Of a stretch of DNA of 64,000 nucleotides, positions 28,601 to 38,378 are shown piece by piece. A program made the position numbers and the translations under genes. The stretch is from an uncultured virus (IMG/VR IMGVR_UViG_3300030106_003254). Taxonomy: Duplodnaviria; Heunggongvirae; Uroviricota; Caudoviricetes. The stretch lies in the IMG/VR virus record IMGVR_UViG_3300030106_003254, one strand, 5' to 3'. A model generated the notes under the pieces. It made no database searches, was not told the DNA's origin, and saw only the letters and a program-made list of their open reading frames with translations. Position 1 is the stretch's first letter. Each line of letters begins with the position of its first letter.

Positions 28601-31516
28601 AATCATATAAGTAGAGTTCACACTTCAGGCAGTGGACAAATAAATAATGTATCTCATTATAATATCCATACAGAATTAGATGGAAACGGTACTATCAGTA
28701 ATTGGATGGGATATGCTGTTGCCGACGGCACTTTAGCCACATTTACAAATTCAGGCCATACAATAACTAATACTTATGGTTTGTATATAGGGGATATAAC
28801 TTCAGGCACTCAAACCAATACCCCTTATGGAGTTTATCAGGCGAGTACTGATATGAGAAACTATTTTGGAGGTAATGTTGGTATAGGAGTTACGTCCCCA
28901 CCTGCGAGGCTAACAGTTCGTGTAGATGGTAATGCAGATACTGATCAGTTAAGAGTTGAGAATTCATCTGGTAGATTGTTCTCAGTAGATAATGAAGGTG
29001 ATGTAAAAGCTCACGGAAGTATTTTCTTACAAGACAACGGCAAGCTTATAGCGACAAGAAAGCTTATTGCAAGAGATGCAAATGGATTACTTCTTGCAGA
29101 AGATAGTGCGAGTACAGGTATTGCTATAAGTGATGCTGGAAACACTACAGTTCAAGGAGTCTTAACAGCCTCCAGTCATGCAGATTTTAATGGCAATGCT
29201 ACGTTTATTAGTGAGAGTAAATTATTTAAGGATGGTACAATTAATTCTACTAATGATGTAACTAGCGTTGTTGCTGGAAACGATACAGTATTATTCTCAA
29301 ATCCTGTACCTAGAACCCATCATGATTTATTAGCATTCAATTCTAATGTTACTCAAGAAACACATGACGGAACTTCTTGGAGTAGTTCAAGTCTACATAC
29401 AGAACTTTTTGACAACAAAGAAGACAATGCAATCACTGCGATTTCATCAAGTCAAAGTGGGGTAAGATGGACTGTTACTAATTTTGCTTACACAGGGGCA
29501 ACTCATGTACAAATTAATAACACATATTCTAGTGGTTCAGGGGGTGATTATCAGGTTACTATAGAGTCTTCATCTGATGGAACTAACTGGACACAAAGAC
29601 ATCAATCTACAGTAAGTATCGGAGCTATAGCAAGGTTCTTTAGAGTCCCATATTTAGGTGGTGATTCTTATGGCAGAATTACAATATATAGATCTTCAGG
29701 TACACGAAATATAAATTTGGTAAATGTAAGATGGTCAACTAATAGAGCAGGTGATCAAGGTCAGGGCAGAGAATATGAGCGTCCTTATGATTGGAACTAT
29801 CTTAAATCTGTAAAAGTCCCTCATTACCTACATGTTGGAAATGATTTATCGACAACCATGTCATCAAGCAATGCAAAACGCTTGGTAGTAGGTGATGGAT
29901 ATGGTGCAGAGGGGATCACGATATATTCAGGTCATGACAGTGGAGGTTATTTATATTTTGCTGATGGTACAGCAGGGGATGCTAGTTACAGGGGTTCAGT
30001 TCAGTATTCGCATAGCACAAATGCTATGTCATTCCATACTGCTGGCACTGCTACTAGGATGTTTATCAATAGTACAGGTGGAATAGGACTAGGGACTTCT
30101 TCAATAAATACTGGCATTGGCTTACAGGTAGCTAATGGTAGTCTTTATGTAACTAATGGCACTGCTTATGTTAAGCATCTTGAGGCACAGTATTTTGGCA
30201 ACGGGACAGAGTTAAAGTTATCCGCTGGTCAAAGTGCAGATCTCAAATTGATGCACTACAATACTGTAGATCTTATAATAAAATCTGATGGTAAAGTAGG
30301 CATCAACGACACAGCACCTCAAGGAAAGTTACAAATAGATGCAGGAGGTGATGTAAATGCTATTCACTTGGTTAACAGTGGGCAAAATTCTTCTAATTTT
30401 GCTACTAGACCAATATCAATAATTTTCGGTGATGAGCAAAAAGGTGCAAGCGCAAGGCATCAAGCAAGCATAAATTGTGTTCGTGAAGCATGGTCAAGTA
30501 CACCTGCTGCGCTGACATTTAAAACAGCTACTGGAGTTAATACAGCGACTGAAAGGATGCGTATTACTTCTGGTGGTAATGTAGGTATAGACACGACCGC
30601 TCCTACTTGCAAGCTACAAGTTGATGAGTACACAGTAGGCTCTAATGGAAATCAGGATAGTGGAATAGCTACCGCTGCGATATTTACGAATAGTGGTAGT
30701 GATGGTTTATATCTAGGTGTTAAGAATGCCAGTTACCCAAATAGGGGGTATGCCTTCAAAGTCACTAGCAATGGCGTTAACTCTGATTTCACAATTAGAG
30801 AACATGGTTTAACAGGTGACAGGTTTACGATCAAGACTGGCGGTAACGTAGGAATAGGAACCTCAGGCCCACAATCTAAATTTCATGTATCTGGTGGAGA
30901 TATTAGAATAGATAACAACCAACAGTATTTGGCAGAGACTGCTGGTGGTGGGGTGATAGGTGTTGCTAAGATGGATGGTTCAGACAACCTCTTGATCGGT
31001 GATGGCAATCTAAAGATTGATGTAACTGGCACTACGCCAAGATTGGTCATTGATTCCAGTGGTGATGTAGGCATAGGTACTACTACCCCATCAGAGAAGT
31101 TAGATGTCACAGGCATTACAAGGATCGGCAGCTCATCAGATGCGGGACACTTAATTGGTAGTAAAATTAATTATGCGATAAGTAATACTTTCTCTACAGG
31201 ACTTACAGTTACTTTGGCAAACCATAGAGCTTGTCATGTAAAAATATTTATATCAGGTGATTGGAGTAACCATAGTTCGATTGCTTATGTAGGTGAGTTC
31301 TTTATACAGAACACTGCCAATATAGGTTCGTACAATGAGCCAGGAATTATCCTAACAGAACACGATAATTTACCAAGTGATCAAATAGAATCTAAAATTG
31401 TAGACGGGACTGAGGACTCATTTGAAATTCAATTTAGAACATCATCACAAGTTAGTAACCCAATAGCAGGAAAACTTTGTTACCACGTAATGGGAGACGC
31501 ATCAGCAGTATCATAA
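22634..31516 (+). CDS. giant tail fibre protein 1 (2960 aa)
   Basis: many GNVGIGTTSP..KL.V repeats; DTLNTLNEIAAALNDD, LPLAGGTMTG, GSGLDADTLDG fibre motifs. Confidence 0.88.
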   Translation: MASEGKYFKGDIHTLGNVGIGNLSASYKLDVTGAANISGNLSVGGIPTAPTASAATNNTQLATTQYVTTAITNLIDSSPDTLNTLNEIAAALNDDANFAGTITTSIATKLPLAGGTMTGNLNLGDNIKLQLGQSNDLQIYHDGSNSIIKDNGTGGLFLLADVATYIQSPTGESKAKFTKDGSVELFYNNSKKFETVSGGVDITGNITVSGTGTLTGVLKLPDGAVGAPALSFANDADSGIYWDNANKAIRFSIDGVQRGYFSTAGILSVANVYTGNTGQFRNYGGTWKATTGLTGNGFEFSNSVDGTAMTLSSAGVLNVTGNITLGGTVDGRDVAADGSKLDGIDAGAKDDQTAAEILTELKTVDGTGSGLDADTLDGSHASTFAAASDLSTHVGATNPHNITASTVSLGNVTNESKATMFTSAALTGTPTAPTANAGTNTTQIATTAFVTSAVALENTLAEMDDVTFASLADNELLQYNSSNSKWENKTISEVGLALASDLSTHVGATNPHNITLSGLGGLPLAGGTMTGLVSLTGGGSTSPVGVNGLHLMFDSSGGTAHINAQQNGTSNRHLSFKAASYSFNSGNATFAGIVTIPDGAANAPSLRTASHNSGLFTTSGTLQFSVDGVARAYINSAGITSNGNLYTSATGQFRNFSGTWSATTGTANKGWEFFNTDNSNTIRAAKLSSTGTLELNGGTTATKIEAYETYSDDNNYERSFFKHASSFLEIGTEALGTGTASGLKLKTGGNDVITIGTDQKVKVGGGTNTPSLGGGTVFRVDMTQGAGNYASIAILGGNTGRSSLFFGDLHAEQRGALDYRHGDDSLSISTAAGERMRILSDGKVGIGTVSPNYLLDVEGSGASMRVRNTATDAVTQIVMRSGGSSGENQIRFGDDDDANRGMIRYRHNGDSLAFDVADAERMRIDSSGRLGIGTTTIPHLLSVKGTISRLNSSGIQVINLGTTSDHGQLTINNSGGTTKVALNSSGDDSYINAGDFGIGTTSPSSKLHVLSGVVSGYSEDTYADIIVEDSDARIQVVSDNGGTNGSSIILTNVDSGTHSNWAIGQTTTGNSNKLHIGHNTSSGGDTSNFSTTQDLVITTDGKVGIGTTSPAELLHVQGSNATINVRESGAATVKMRAGSVGRIGTYSDNDFSIVSNSTDQVRIKSDGNVGIGVTNPSKKLHIDGDIKLKNSGKLFLWNDNDNNYLDYQNWIASTGNAQLIRNTGAGGIKLKSTSLEVVVTTGLGIGTSTPLAPLHVQGTALTGYASGDVNADTMMVIENDDNARLAIVAGSLSDVLFGDAADQDVGRIRYNHSSDSMAFFTAGAECMRIKDSGEVGIGTTSPTSELHVHSGAFSSGDAEIRNDARVNRNYKLALGTTTKYIGTVQMNGNGDSSGFHVRIYDGHSKVWREVNVVVQNSGGTNYPKVTVEGGGDDVNINVEFAYVNRSGAAQKTDFYLVPTSNKAYTQLIFVDGFIERDTGHSSTSSTNINLDTAIGIYKAATDDSSKIGIGTTDPTEKLEVIGDILINGGPAGGRSLQLKRTGATNPWKLVQGHTQTDYFEILEGSDTRFLIKNGGNVGIGTNAPAHKLDVSGSARLLATAPTLTLQDSDESNVFGQIIESSGVLTVRSRDGSNHGEIRFERGNGSAVLETARFDSSGNTTLSGNLTVQGDISTTGTFTIIDTDVSTTEQLVVTNDGTGPAVVVNQKGVQPVVDFQDDSTSVFYIKNGGNVGIGNGITNPLNRLHVETSDSTIARFRSTTNKAAILIQDDDTDGYFSAESGRVSMGFNSGLHADNINILESGSNYYVGIGTVSPVGPLTLANVTGGNWNDGLIIDDPTGWAATVYKRSNSPKMFTGLYTGNDNYIWMSTGYSNSGTSITAPRADAVLMARPSTDDLQIYLETHFGNRIGVGTTSPAAILDIVDSQTQSGSAGRATIQTTATTTTTSTQSSGMYAIQNYFNLTGTGGSFQNSAHQQVMTTVSSTGTVTGLKNHISRVHTSGSGQINNVSHYNIHTELDGNGTISNWMGYAVADGTLATFTNSGHTITNTYGLYIGDITSGTQTNTPYGVYQASTDMRNYFGGNVGIGVTSPPARLTVRVDGNADTDQLRVENSSGRLFSVDNEGDVKAHGSIFLQDNGKLIATRKLIARDANGLLLAEDSASTGIAISDAGNTTVQGVLTASSHADFNGNATFISESKLFKDGTINSTNDVTSVVAGNDTVLFSNPVPRTHHDLLAFNSNVTQETHDGTSWSSSSLHTELFDNKEDNAITAISSSQSGVRWTVTNFAYTGATHVQINNTYSSGSGGDYQVTIESSSDGTNWTQRHQSTVSIGAIARFFRVPYLGGDSYGRITIYRSSGTRNINLVNVRWSTNRAGDQGQGREYERPYDWNYLKSVKVPHYLHVGNDLSTTMSSSNAKRLVVGDGYGAEGITIYSGHDSGGYLYFADGTAGDASYRGSVQYSHSTNAMSFHTAGTATRMFINSTGGIGLGTSSINTGIGLQVANGSLYVTNGTAYVKHLEAQYFGNGTELKLSAGQSADLKLMHYNTVDLIIKSDGKVGINDTAPQGKLQIDAGGDVNAIHLVNSGQNSSNFATRPISIIFGDEQKGASARHQASINCVREAWSSTPAALTFKTATGVNTATERMRITSGGNVGIDTTAPTCKLQVDEYTVGSNGNQDSGIATAAIFTNSGSDGLYLGVKNASYPNRGYAFKVTSNGVNSDFTIREHGLTGDRFTIKTGGNVGIGTSGPQSKFHVSGGDIRIDNNQQYLAETAGGGVIGVAKMDGSDNLLIGDGNLKIDVTGTTPRLVIDSSGDVGIGTTTPSEKLDVTGITRIGSSSDAGHLIGSKINYAISNTFSTGLTVTLANHRACHVKIFISGDWSNHSSIAYVGEFFIQNTANIGSYNEPGIILTEHDNLPSDQIESKIVDGTEDSFEIQFRTSSQVSNPIAGKLCYHVMGDASAVS
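23792..24162 (+). repeat. perfect 35-bp direct repeat (23792-23826 and 24128-24162)
   Basis: GCCTCAGATTTAAGTACGCACGTTGGTGCTACTAA twice, 336 bp apart, in frame. Confidence 0.9.
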
Positions 31517-31517
31517 A

Positions 31518-34500
31518 ATGGCAGACCAAACTATACCATCAATAAAGAATTTAAGAGGCAATATCGGAATCGGTACTGCGAGCCCATCTGCCCAGTTGGA
31601 TGTTGGTTCAGTTTTTAAATTTAATACTACAACTGATCTTTTAACTATAACTAATGATCAAAATACTGGTGGAATTAATTTATCTGGTGGCAATAGTAGA
31701 ATATATTTTGGTGGTTATAGGGCTATTGAAGGTGATCAAAGTGGTGGAACATTGTATCTAGGTGAGGGGTATGGAACGATATCTTTAATGGACGATACCA
31801 TCGTAACTGGTAATGTCGGCATAGGAACCACAAGCCCAGTATCTAAATTAACAGTTGAAAGCAGTGCTAACGCATTAGCTGATGTCGATGAGCCAGAAAA
31901 CCATCACTTGCTTTTAAGAAATCCTGCAAATGATACCACTGAAGGTGTTGGTATGGGGTTCTTGGTTTCTGCCCTCACTGTTGATGTTGGTGCTTCTATA
32001 TTATGTAAAAGAGTTGGCCCAAATGCACAGAGTGAGCTTCAATTTTGGAATAAGCAAAACACAACTAGTGATGGAGTTATAACTCAATCAATGACTATTG
32101 ATGAAGATGGTAATGTTGGTATAAATAAAACATCTCCTGCACAAAAGCTTCACATTAAAGGCGATGCTTTAAGAATTGAAGAATCCGCATCAACTACAGG
32201 AAGGCACTTAGATATTGTTCCAGCAGTTAGTGGGCAGCCCCATAAGTACACAAGTACGTCAACTGGATCGGGCCACCAATTTGAAAATAGTTCTGGCACT
32301 ATCGCAATACTAGATGCAAATGGTTCAGCTTTTTATCAAGACCTAACAATAGCCTCGTCAAATTTAAAACTTAGCTCTGCCCATTATGTGCAATTTGGTA
32401 GTGCTAATGCTAGAATCCAAGGAAGTAATGGTTCTAACTATTTAAAGTTTTATACAGCGGGTGTAGAAAGATTAGCTATAACTAATACAGAAGCTACTTT
32501 CAGTGGTGACCTTGTAGTTACAGGCGGTCTAACCATCAATGGCACAACGACAACCATAGATACAACAAATTTACTGGTTGAAGATAAGAACATTGTGTTA
32601 GGCAATGTGTCTAGCCCATCTGACACAACGGCTGATGGTGGTGGTATTACTCTTAAAGGTGCTAGTGATTATACAATCAACTGGACTAATTCAACTAACT
32701 CATGGCACTTCAATCAAGGGATTACAGTTGGAGTGGACGGGACAGGACATGATGTGGTTTTCTATGGTGATACCGCAGATCGTTATATGACATGGGATCA
32801 GTCAGCAGACAGGTTAAATCTTAGAGATCATGTGGAGCTAACTTTAGGAACTCATAATGATTTGAAGTTATTCCATGACAATGTACGTGGACGTATTGTT
32901 TACACAGGGTCAAATGAGCTTCAGATTTCAGCAGGTAGCACTGTCCAAATAGGTTTTAATGATGGAACTGGTGCTTATGGTGAAACTGCAATTAAGTTCG
33001 TAAAAGATGGAGCGGTGTCCATACGACACGATAACTCCCAGAAATTCACTACAGATGCAGGTGGTATCACTGTCACTGGAAAGATGACCTCTGACACGAT
33101 TACCACAGCGTTAAGCTTGGAGATGTTTGCATCTGGGGGTAATAACTACATTTCTTCAGCATCTTCAGGTTCTCATTTGCTCATAAGAAATACAGGGGGA
33201 GCTAATGTAGAACTTTTAGTCAACACAAGTGAGAAAGGTGTTATAGCCATACCAAATGGAGCAGTAGAGCTATACCACGATAACGCAAAGAAGTTCTATA
33301 CATCTTCAACAGGAGCCACATTAAATGGAAATCTGGTTATGGGTGGAGGGCAAGTCAAATTTGCTGATGGCGGTCATGTTATGCTTGGAGATAACAATGA
33401 TCTACGCCTTTATCATTCAGGAAGTTCTTATATAGATAACATAACAAATGATCTAATTATAAGAAATACCGCTGCCTCTAAAGATATTATTTTTTATACA
33501 AACAACGGTACATCAACCATAGAGTCTCTAAGAATTGATGGGTCAGGTGAAGATTTAAACTCAAGAGTTAATCTTCATGGGGGTGATTCTAGTTTGTATC
33601 CATATATAACTGGATTTGTTGCGCCACAAAACCCAGAAGGTCATCACATAAAGTGTCCATATTTCTTCAATGATTTAGCTTATGCTCGATTACGAGGAGC
33701 TACAGTAACTGTTACAGTTACAGGAGGGTCGTCTCCTAGCACGACGAATATAGATAGAATGCTTGATGCCTCCACCTACTTCTGGAGCGTGTCCACTTCA
33801 GGTGTTTCAGAAATCGTGATAACGATGGAGGATCTGCCTAAAAACTTTACTCATACAACACACATGGGTATAACCTTTGGAAATGAAGGATGGAGAGCTA
33901 AGAATGTAAAGCTAGAGGCTTATTATAATAGTCAGTGGAATACCCTAAAAGATGTAACAGATCAAAAAGAGGAGTATGTCCACATAAGGCATAACACGAG
34001 TAGTAATGCACAAACGAAGTTGAGATGGACGTTGAGTAATTTCCAAACAACATCAATGCGAATAGCTTCTATCTATTGCTACAACTATAACGCAAATGGA
34101 ATGAGCGACCTCTATGTTACAAGAGATGGAGGAAATGTTTATGGTAATATTGCCTTTCAAGATAGTAAATATGCCACATTCGGAGGAGGGGTAGATCTTT
34201 CAATAGGTCACGACGGCAGTAATAGTTACATCATGGAGAACGGGACTGGAGATTTATATCTAGACTCAAATAATGCTAGTATATTTTTAAGAGATTCAAA
34301 TAGTGGTAATGTAATGCTTGCTGCCAAAGGAGGTAGCAGTGAAAAAGTTGAGCTATATTATGGGGGTGCTCTCAAACTAACCACTACGGCAGGGGGGGCT
34401 GATGTATCGGGTACATTCGGTACAGGTCATATAAATTTAGATGGCGAGCTAAACTTCACAACGAATGGTAGCAAGTACATAGATGCTAACACACTAGCTG

Positions 34501-37500
34501 ATAGCAACACTTTTAATATTAGACACCACAATCCAAGTGGGAATGCATTTCAAACAGCCTTTCAGTCAGCAGCCAATGGAGGCACAACTCTCTATCATTC
34601 TGGGAATGCCAAATTCGCTACCACGACTGATGGAATTCAGTTGTATGGAAATGGTTACATAGATTTACCTGATAATGGCAGGGCTAGATTTGGTGGCTCT
34701 CAGGAGTTGGCTATTTATCACAATGGAGCTAATAATGGTTTCATACACAATACGACTGCATATCTTGTTTTAGAAAGTGATAATATTATTTTAAGAAACA
34801 CGGCAAGTAATGAAGACTATGCCAAATTTTTAGGTAATGGTGCTTGCGAACTGTACCATAATAACTCCAAGAAACTAGAGACTAACTCTGCTGGAGTTAC
34901 AGTTACTGGAAAGCTATCAGCCACTGAGGTAGCTGTCACTAATATAGTTACTAATAAACTTGTTAAGTTCAATGGTATGTTGTTAGACGACAGCATTATT
35001 AGTGATGACGCATCAACAGTTACAGTCGGAGGTGCTTTAACAGTTGGGGTAGATGACGCAGGGCATGATGTTATTTTTTATGGAGCTACCGCTTCTCGAT
35101 ATTTAAAGTGGAACCAAGCAGAGGACAGGTTAAACCTTAGAGACAATACAAAGTTCTCAATAGGTAATTCAAATGACCTTCAGCTAGAGTTCAACGGCAC
35201 ACATGGCTACATAAAAAATAATGTAGGGGGTAGCTTGTACATTCAGACGGCTAATACTATCCAACTAGAAAACTCTTCTGGTCAGGATATGTTAACTGCT
35301 GCGAGCGGTGGTGCAGTAAAATTATTTCATGGGGGTAACTCGACAGCTAAATTAGAGACTACCTCAACAGGAATCGATGTAACAGGTCAAATATCTAGTG
35401 ATGCCTTCGGCCCTTGGTATTCTACAAGTACTTATGTATATGATTCTACTAATGGCACTAGATACTTTTGGAATTTATTAGGCACGTTGCCAGCAGCGAG
35501 TGGGAAGGGATCTATTGAGTATGAAGCTAAAGATGATGAAAACTATCCTCACTTTGTAAAAGGCACTATTGCATTTGGTTCTTTTACTGGAGGTTCGTAT
35601 GTCTCTACTAGTATTCAACACGACCAACAAACGGCAGACTACTTTGGGGTTCAAGTTAGAATAGATACAAGCAGAAGAATTTGGATTAGGATACCAAATT
35701 GTGATTGGTCACATTTCTTTAGATTTAGAGTACATGTTAACGCAGGGAGCTTTACAACTAATACAAGTTGGTCAACAGGGACTACTAGATATGATACTCA
35801 TACAACGGCAGTACCTCCGAACTCTAGCAGTGATATTTTATCAGGGCAAAATTTAAGGGCTGTAGACAATGATGTTACAGGCACTGTTCCTACCTATGAC
35901 AATTTTCATAATTTTGGTAGGCTTCGAGCAAGAAATAGAATGCAGTCTGGTAATGGGTTTGCGTCTGCCCCTGCTTATGGCTTCACTAGTGGAATAAATA
36001 CAGGAATGTATTGGGACAACTATGATACTTCTCCACAAAAAGATCAGATAAACTTTTCTGTAGATGGGACAAGGAGACTTAGGATAAATGAAGCAGGTAC
36101 GTTTGTTGATGGTAACTCATACGTAGCTAATGGTTATCAGTTTAGAACTTTCCAAGAATGGACAGCTACAACAGGTGGTACAGGATACGGATTTAAGTTT
36201 AGGAATACAGCGGATGCTATTGATAGCATGACTATAAGTTATGCAGGAAATGCAGTAACTGCTGGTTCTATTACAAGTACAGAAGGATATTTTAATAGTA
36301 GTACTTTAAACTTACATGGCACAAGTTCTGTAAATTACCTATCATCTCAGTCTGCTTCTAGAGATCTCCAAATAAGAAATACGGGAGCGAATAAGGACAT
36401 TGTATTTAAAACTAAAGATTCATCAGGAGAGAATGAAACTCTTAGATTTAGAGGATCAGTAAACCATATAGTCGCAAGCGGTGACATAGAGGCAAGATTT
36501 GGCACAAACTCTAGAACTTTTAATCTGTATGAAACATATAGTGATAGTTCTAACTATGAGAGAACATCTTTTAATCATAGTGGTGGGTACTTTAATTTAA
36601 GCACACAAGATCTTGGTACAGGAACAGCAAGTGGTATAAAATTTAAAACTGATGATTTAACGGCATTAAGTATAGCTGCTGGTGGGCTTGTCACAGTTCA
36701 TAGTAGAAACTCTTCATCAAGCACTAATATACTTAGTGTGGGTGGGTCTAGTAATGGGTACATGAGTGTCCGACACGTTGAGGGCAAGAACTCAAGTTCA
36801 AATGCTTATGGCCCAATTTATATAAACCACTTATCGAACAATAATGTTTTTCTAGCCTCTGGAGGAGGTAAGGTAGGGATAGGTCAAACAAGTAGCCCAT
36901 CTGCGTGGCTTTCAGTTGTTAAGGATAATGACAACTCTGGCGATCAATTCCTTGTAGCCGACACTGAAGGTGCTAGTGCAGCGGTAAGGACTTACACACA
37001 TGGGGGAAGCCCAGCAGGTTTAATACTAAACCATTACTATGCAGTAGCTGGTAGTTCCAATGAGTACATGCGGTATGCTGATTTTGTAGCAAACGTAGGG
37101 AATGGTGCAGGTACTACAATGCGTTTCATTACTAAAAACGCAGCCAACACTTATTCAACTACTGTCATTGATAATGAAGGCAACGTAGGTATAGGAACTA
37201 CTTCCCCAACACAAAAACTACAAATTTCAGATGATGCTCCTGTTTTATTTTTAAGTAGTCAGGTTAATAGTGCTGCTGGGTCAAAAATTAGATTTTCTGA
37301 ATATCATTCTGGAAGTTTTCAAGGTGCATTCCTTCACTATGATGGCGATAATAATAGATTTAATATCGGTGTACATCACGCAAACGATACTGATCTAGCT
37401 AATGATGCAAATGCAATAACCATAAGAAGAGACAATAGCTTTGTTGGTATTGGAACTGCAAGCCCTGCACAAAAGCTCCACATACATGATGGTCATCTTA

Positions 37501-38129
37501 GATTAAATGATACATATAAAATTGAGTGGGGTGGTAGTGATGCCCGAATAGACGGAAGTCACTCTAGTGATTATTTAAGATTTTTCACATCAAACACAGA
37601 ACGTATTAGGATTGTAGATGGAGGCAACGTAGGAATAGGAACTACAAGTCCAAATTATTTGCTAGATGTTGAGAAGTCAGGGGCAGGTATGCGTGTCTAC
37701 AACACAGACAATAATGGGCAAACTGACCTTCATTTAAGAACAGCAGGAACAACAGGGTCATCAAGAATATTCTTTGGAGACACTGCTGTTCCAGATATCG
37801 GATCTATAATCTATAGGCATAATGGGAACAGTTTAGCTTTTGAGACTAATGGTTCAGAGAGGATGCGAATAATAGGGGGTTCAGATGGCTTCGTAGGTAT
37901 AGGCACGACATCTCCACAACAAGAGCTAGATGTCGATGGGGTTATTAAACAAAAGGTATATACAGTCAGCAACCTACCATCAGCAAGTACCTCAACTATA
38001 GGAGCTAGAGCGTTTGTAAGTGATTCATATTACCCATTTAGCTCTAGTTATCTAGGATCTCAGATTTCAGGCGGAGGCAGTAATTTTAGTCCTGTTTACT
38101 CTGATGGCAGTTATTGGTACATGGGTTAA
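31518..38129 (+). CDS. giant tail fibre protein 2 (2203 aa)
   Basis: GNVGIGT repeats, GAVELYHDN.KK repeats, VEDKNIVLG...ADGGGITLKG module. Confidence 0.88.
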   Translation: MADQTIPSIKNLRGNIGIGTASPSAQLDVGSVFKFNTTTDLLTITNDQNTGGINLSGGNSRIYFGGYRAIEGDQSGGTLYLGEGYGTISLMDDTIVTGNVGIGTTSPVSKLTVESSANALADVDEPENHHLLLRNPANDTTEGVGMGFLVSALTVDVGASILCKRVGPNAQSELQFWNKQNTTSDGVITQSMTIDEDGNVGINKTSPAQKLHIKGDALRIEESASTTGRHLDIVPAVSGQPHKYTSTSTGSGHQFENSSGTIAILDANGSAFYQDLTIASSNLKLSSAHYVQFGSANARIQGSNGSNYLKFYTAGVERLAITNTEATFSGDLVVTGGLTINGTTTTIDTTNLLVEDKNIVLGNVSSPSDTTADGGGITLKGASDYTINWTNSTNSWHFNQGITVGVDGTGHDVVFYGDTADRYMTWDQSADRLNLRDHVELTLGTHNDLKLFHDNVRGRIVYTGSNELQISAGSTVQIGFNDGTGAYGETAIKFVKDGAVSIRHDNSQKFTTDAGGITVTGKMTSDTITTALSLEMFASGGNNYISSASSGSHLLIRNTGGANVELLVNTSEKGVIAIPNGAVELYHDNAKKFYTSSTGATLNGNLVMGGGQVKFADGGHVMLGDNNDLRLYHSGSSYIDNITNDLIIRNTAASKDIIFYTNNGTSTIESLRIDGSGEDLNSRVNLHGGDSSLYPYITGFVAPQNPEGHHIKCPYFFNDLAYARLRGATVTVTVTGGSSPSTTNIDRMLDASTYFWSVSTSGVSEIVITMEDLPKNFTHTTHMGITFGNEGWRAKNVKLEAYYNSQWNTLKDVTDQKEEYVHIRHNTSSNAQTKLRWTLSNFQTTSMRIASIYCYNYNANGMSDLYVTRDGGNVYGNIAFQDSKYATFGGGVDLSIGHDGSNSYIMENGTGDLYLDSNNASIFLRDSNSGNVMLAAKGGSSEKVELYYGGALKLTTTAGGADVSGTFGTGHINLDGELNFTTNGSKYIDANTLADSNTFNIRHHNPSGNAFQTAFQSAANGGTTLYHSGNAKFATTTDGIQLYGNGYIDLPDNGRARFGGSQELAIYHNGANNGFIHNTTAYLVLESDNIILRNTASNEDYAKFLGNGACELYHNNSKKLETNSAGVTVTGKLSATEVAVTNIVTNKLVKFNGMLLDDSIISDDASTVTVGGALTVGVDDAGHDVIFYGATASRYLKWNQAEDRLNLRDNTKFSIGNSNDLQLEFNGTHGYIKNNVGGSLYIQTANTIQLENSSGQDMLTAASGGAVKLFHGGNSTAKLETTSTGIDVTGQISSDAFGPWYSTSTYVYDSTNGTRYFWNLLGTLPAASGKGSIEYEAKDDENYPHFVKGTIAFGSFTGGSYVSTSIQHDQQTADYFGVQVRIDTSRRIWIRIPNCDWSHFFRFRVHVNAGSFTTNTSWSTGTTRYDTHTTAVPPNSSSDILSGQNLRAVDNDVTGTVPTYDNFHNFGRLRARNRMQSGNGFASAPAYGFTSGINTGMYWDNYDTSPQKDQINFSVDGTRRLRINEAGTFVDGNSYVANGYQFRTFQEWTATTGGTGYGFKFRNTADAIDSMTISYAGNAVTAGSITSTEGYFNSSTLNLHGTSSVNYLSSQSASRDLQIRNTGANKDIVFKTKDSSGENETLRFRGSVNHIVASGDIEARFGTNSRTFNLYETYSDSSNYERTSFNHSGGYFNLSTQDLGTGTASGIKFKTDDLTALSIAAGGLVTVHSRNSSSSTNILSVGGSSNGYMSVRHVEGKNSSSNAYGPIYINHLSNNNVFLASGGGKVGIGQTSSPSAWLSVVKDNDNSGDQFLVADTEGASAAVRTYTHGGSPAGLILNHYYAVAGSSNEYMRYADFVANVGNGAGTTMRFITKNAANTYSTTVIDNEGNVGIGTTSPTQKLQISDDAPVLFLSSQVNSAAGSKIRFSEYHSGSFQGAFLHYDGDNNRFNIGVHHANDTDLANDANAITIRRDNSFVGIGTASPAQKLHIHDGHLRLNDTYKIEWGGSDARIDGSHSSDYLRFFTSNTERIRIVDGGNVGIGTTSPNYLLDVEKSGAGMRVYNTDNNGQTDLHLRTAGTTGSSRIFFGDTAVPDIGSIIYRHNGNSLAFETNGSERMRIIGGSDGFVGIGTTSPQQELDVDGVIKQKVYTVSNLPSASTSTIGARAFVSDSYYPFSSSYLGSQISGGGSNFSPVYSDGSYWYMG

Positions 38130-38174
38130 TAAAATACTTGAATCTACGTATTTACTGCATATCCTAACAATATT

Positions 38175-38378
38175 ATGGAAGAAGTTACACTTAAACTAAA
38201 TAAGGATCTAATCCAAGTAAACATCCAAGCTATCGATATCGCTGTTAAAGCTGTCGGTTTAAATGGTGCTGAAGCTCTAGTAGTTCTAGCCAAAACAATA
38301 TCTGAGCAAACAGGCGAGACTGTCGCTCCTCCAGAGCAGCCAGAAGCTGAAGAGGCTCAAGTAGAAGTAGTTGAGTAA
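38175..38378 (+). CDS. small fibre-associated protein
   Basis: 67-aa ORF preceded by TTGAAT-16-TATCCT. Confidence 0.65.
   Translation: MEEVTLKLNKDLIQVNIQAIDIAVKAVGLNGAEALVVLAKTISEQTGETVAPPEQPEAEEAQVEVVE

Noticed and set aside
22634..38129. Diversity-generating retroelement or invertible shufflon in the fibres
   Set aside because: No reverse transcriptase or recombinase, and no adenine-specific template/variable repeat pair noticed
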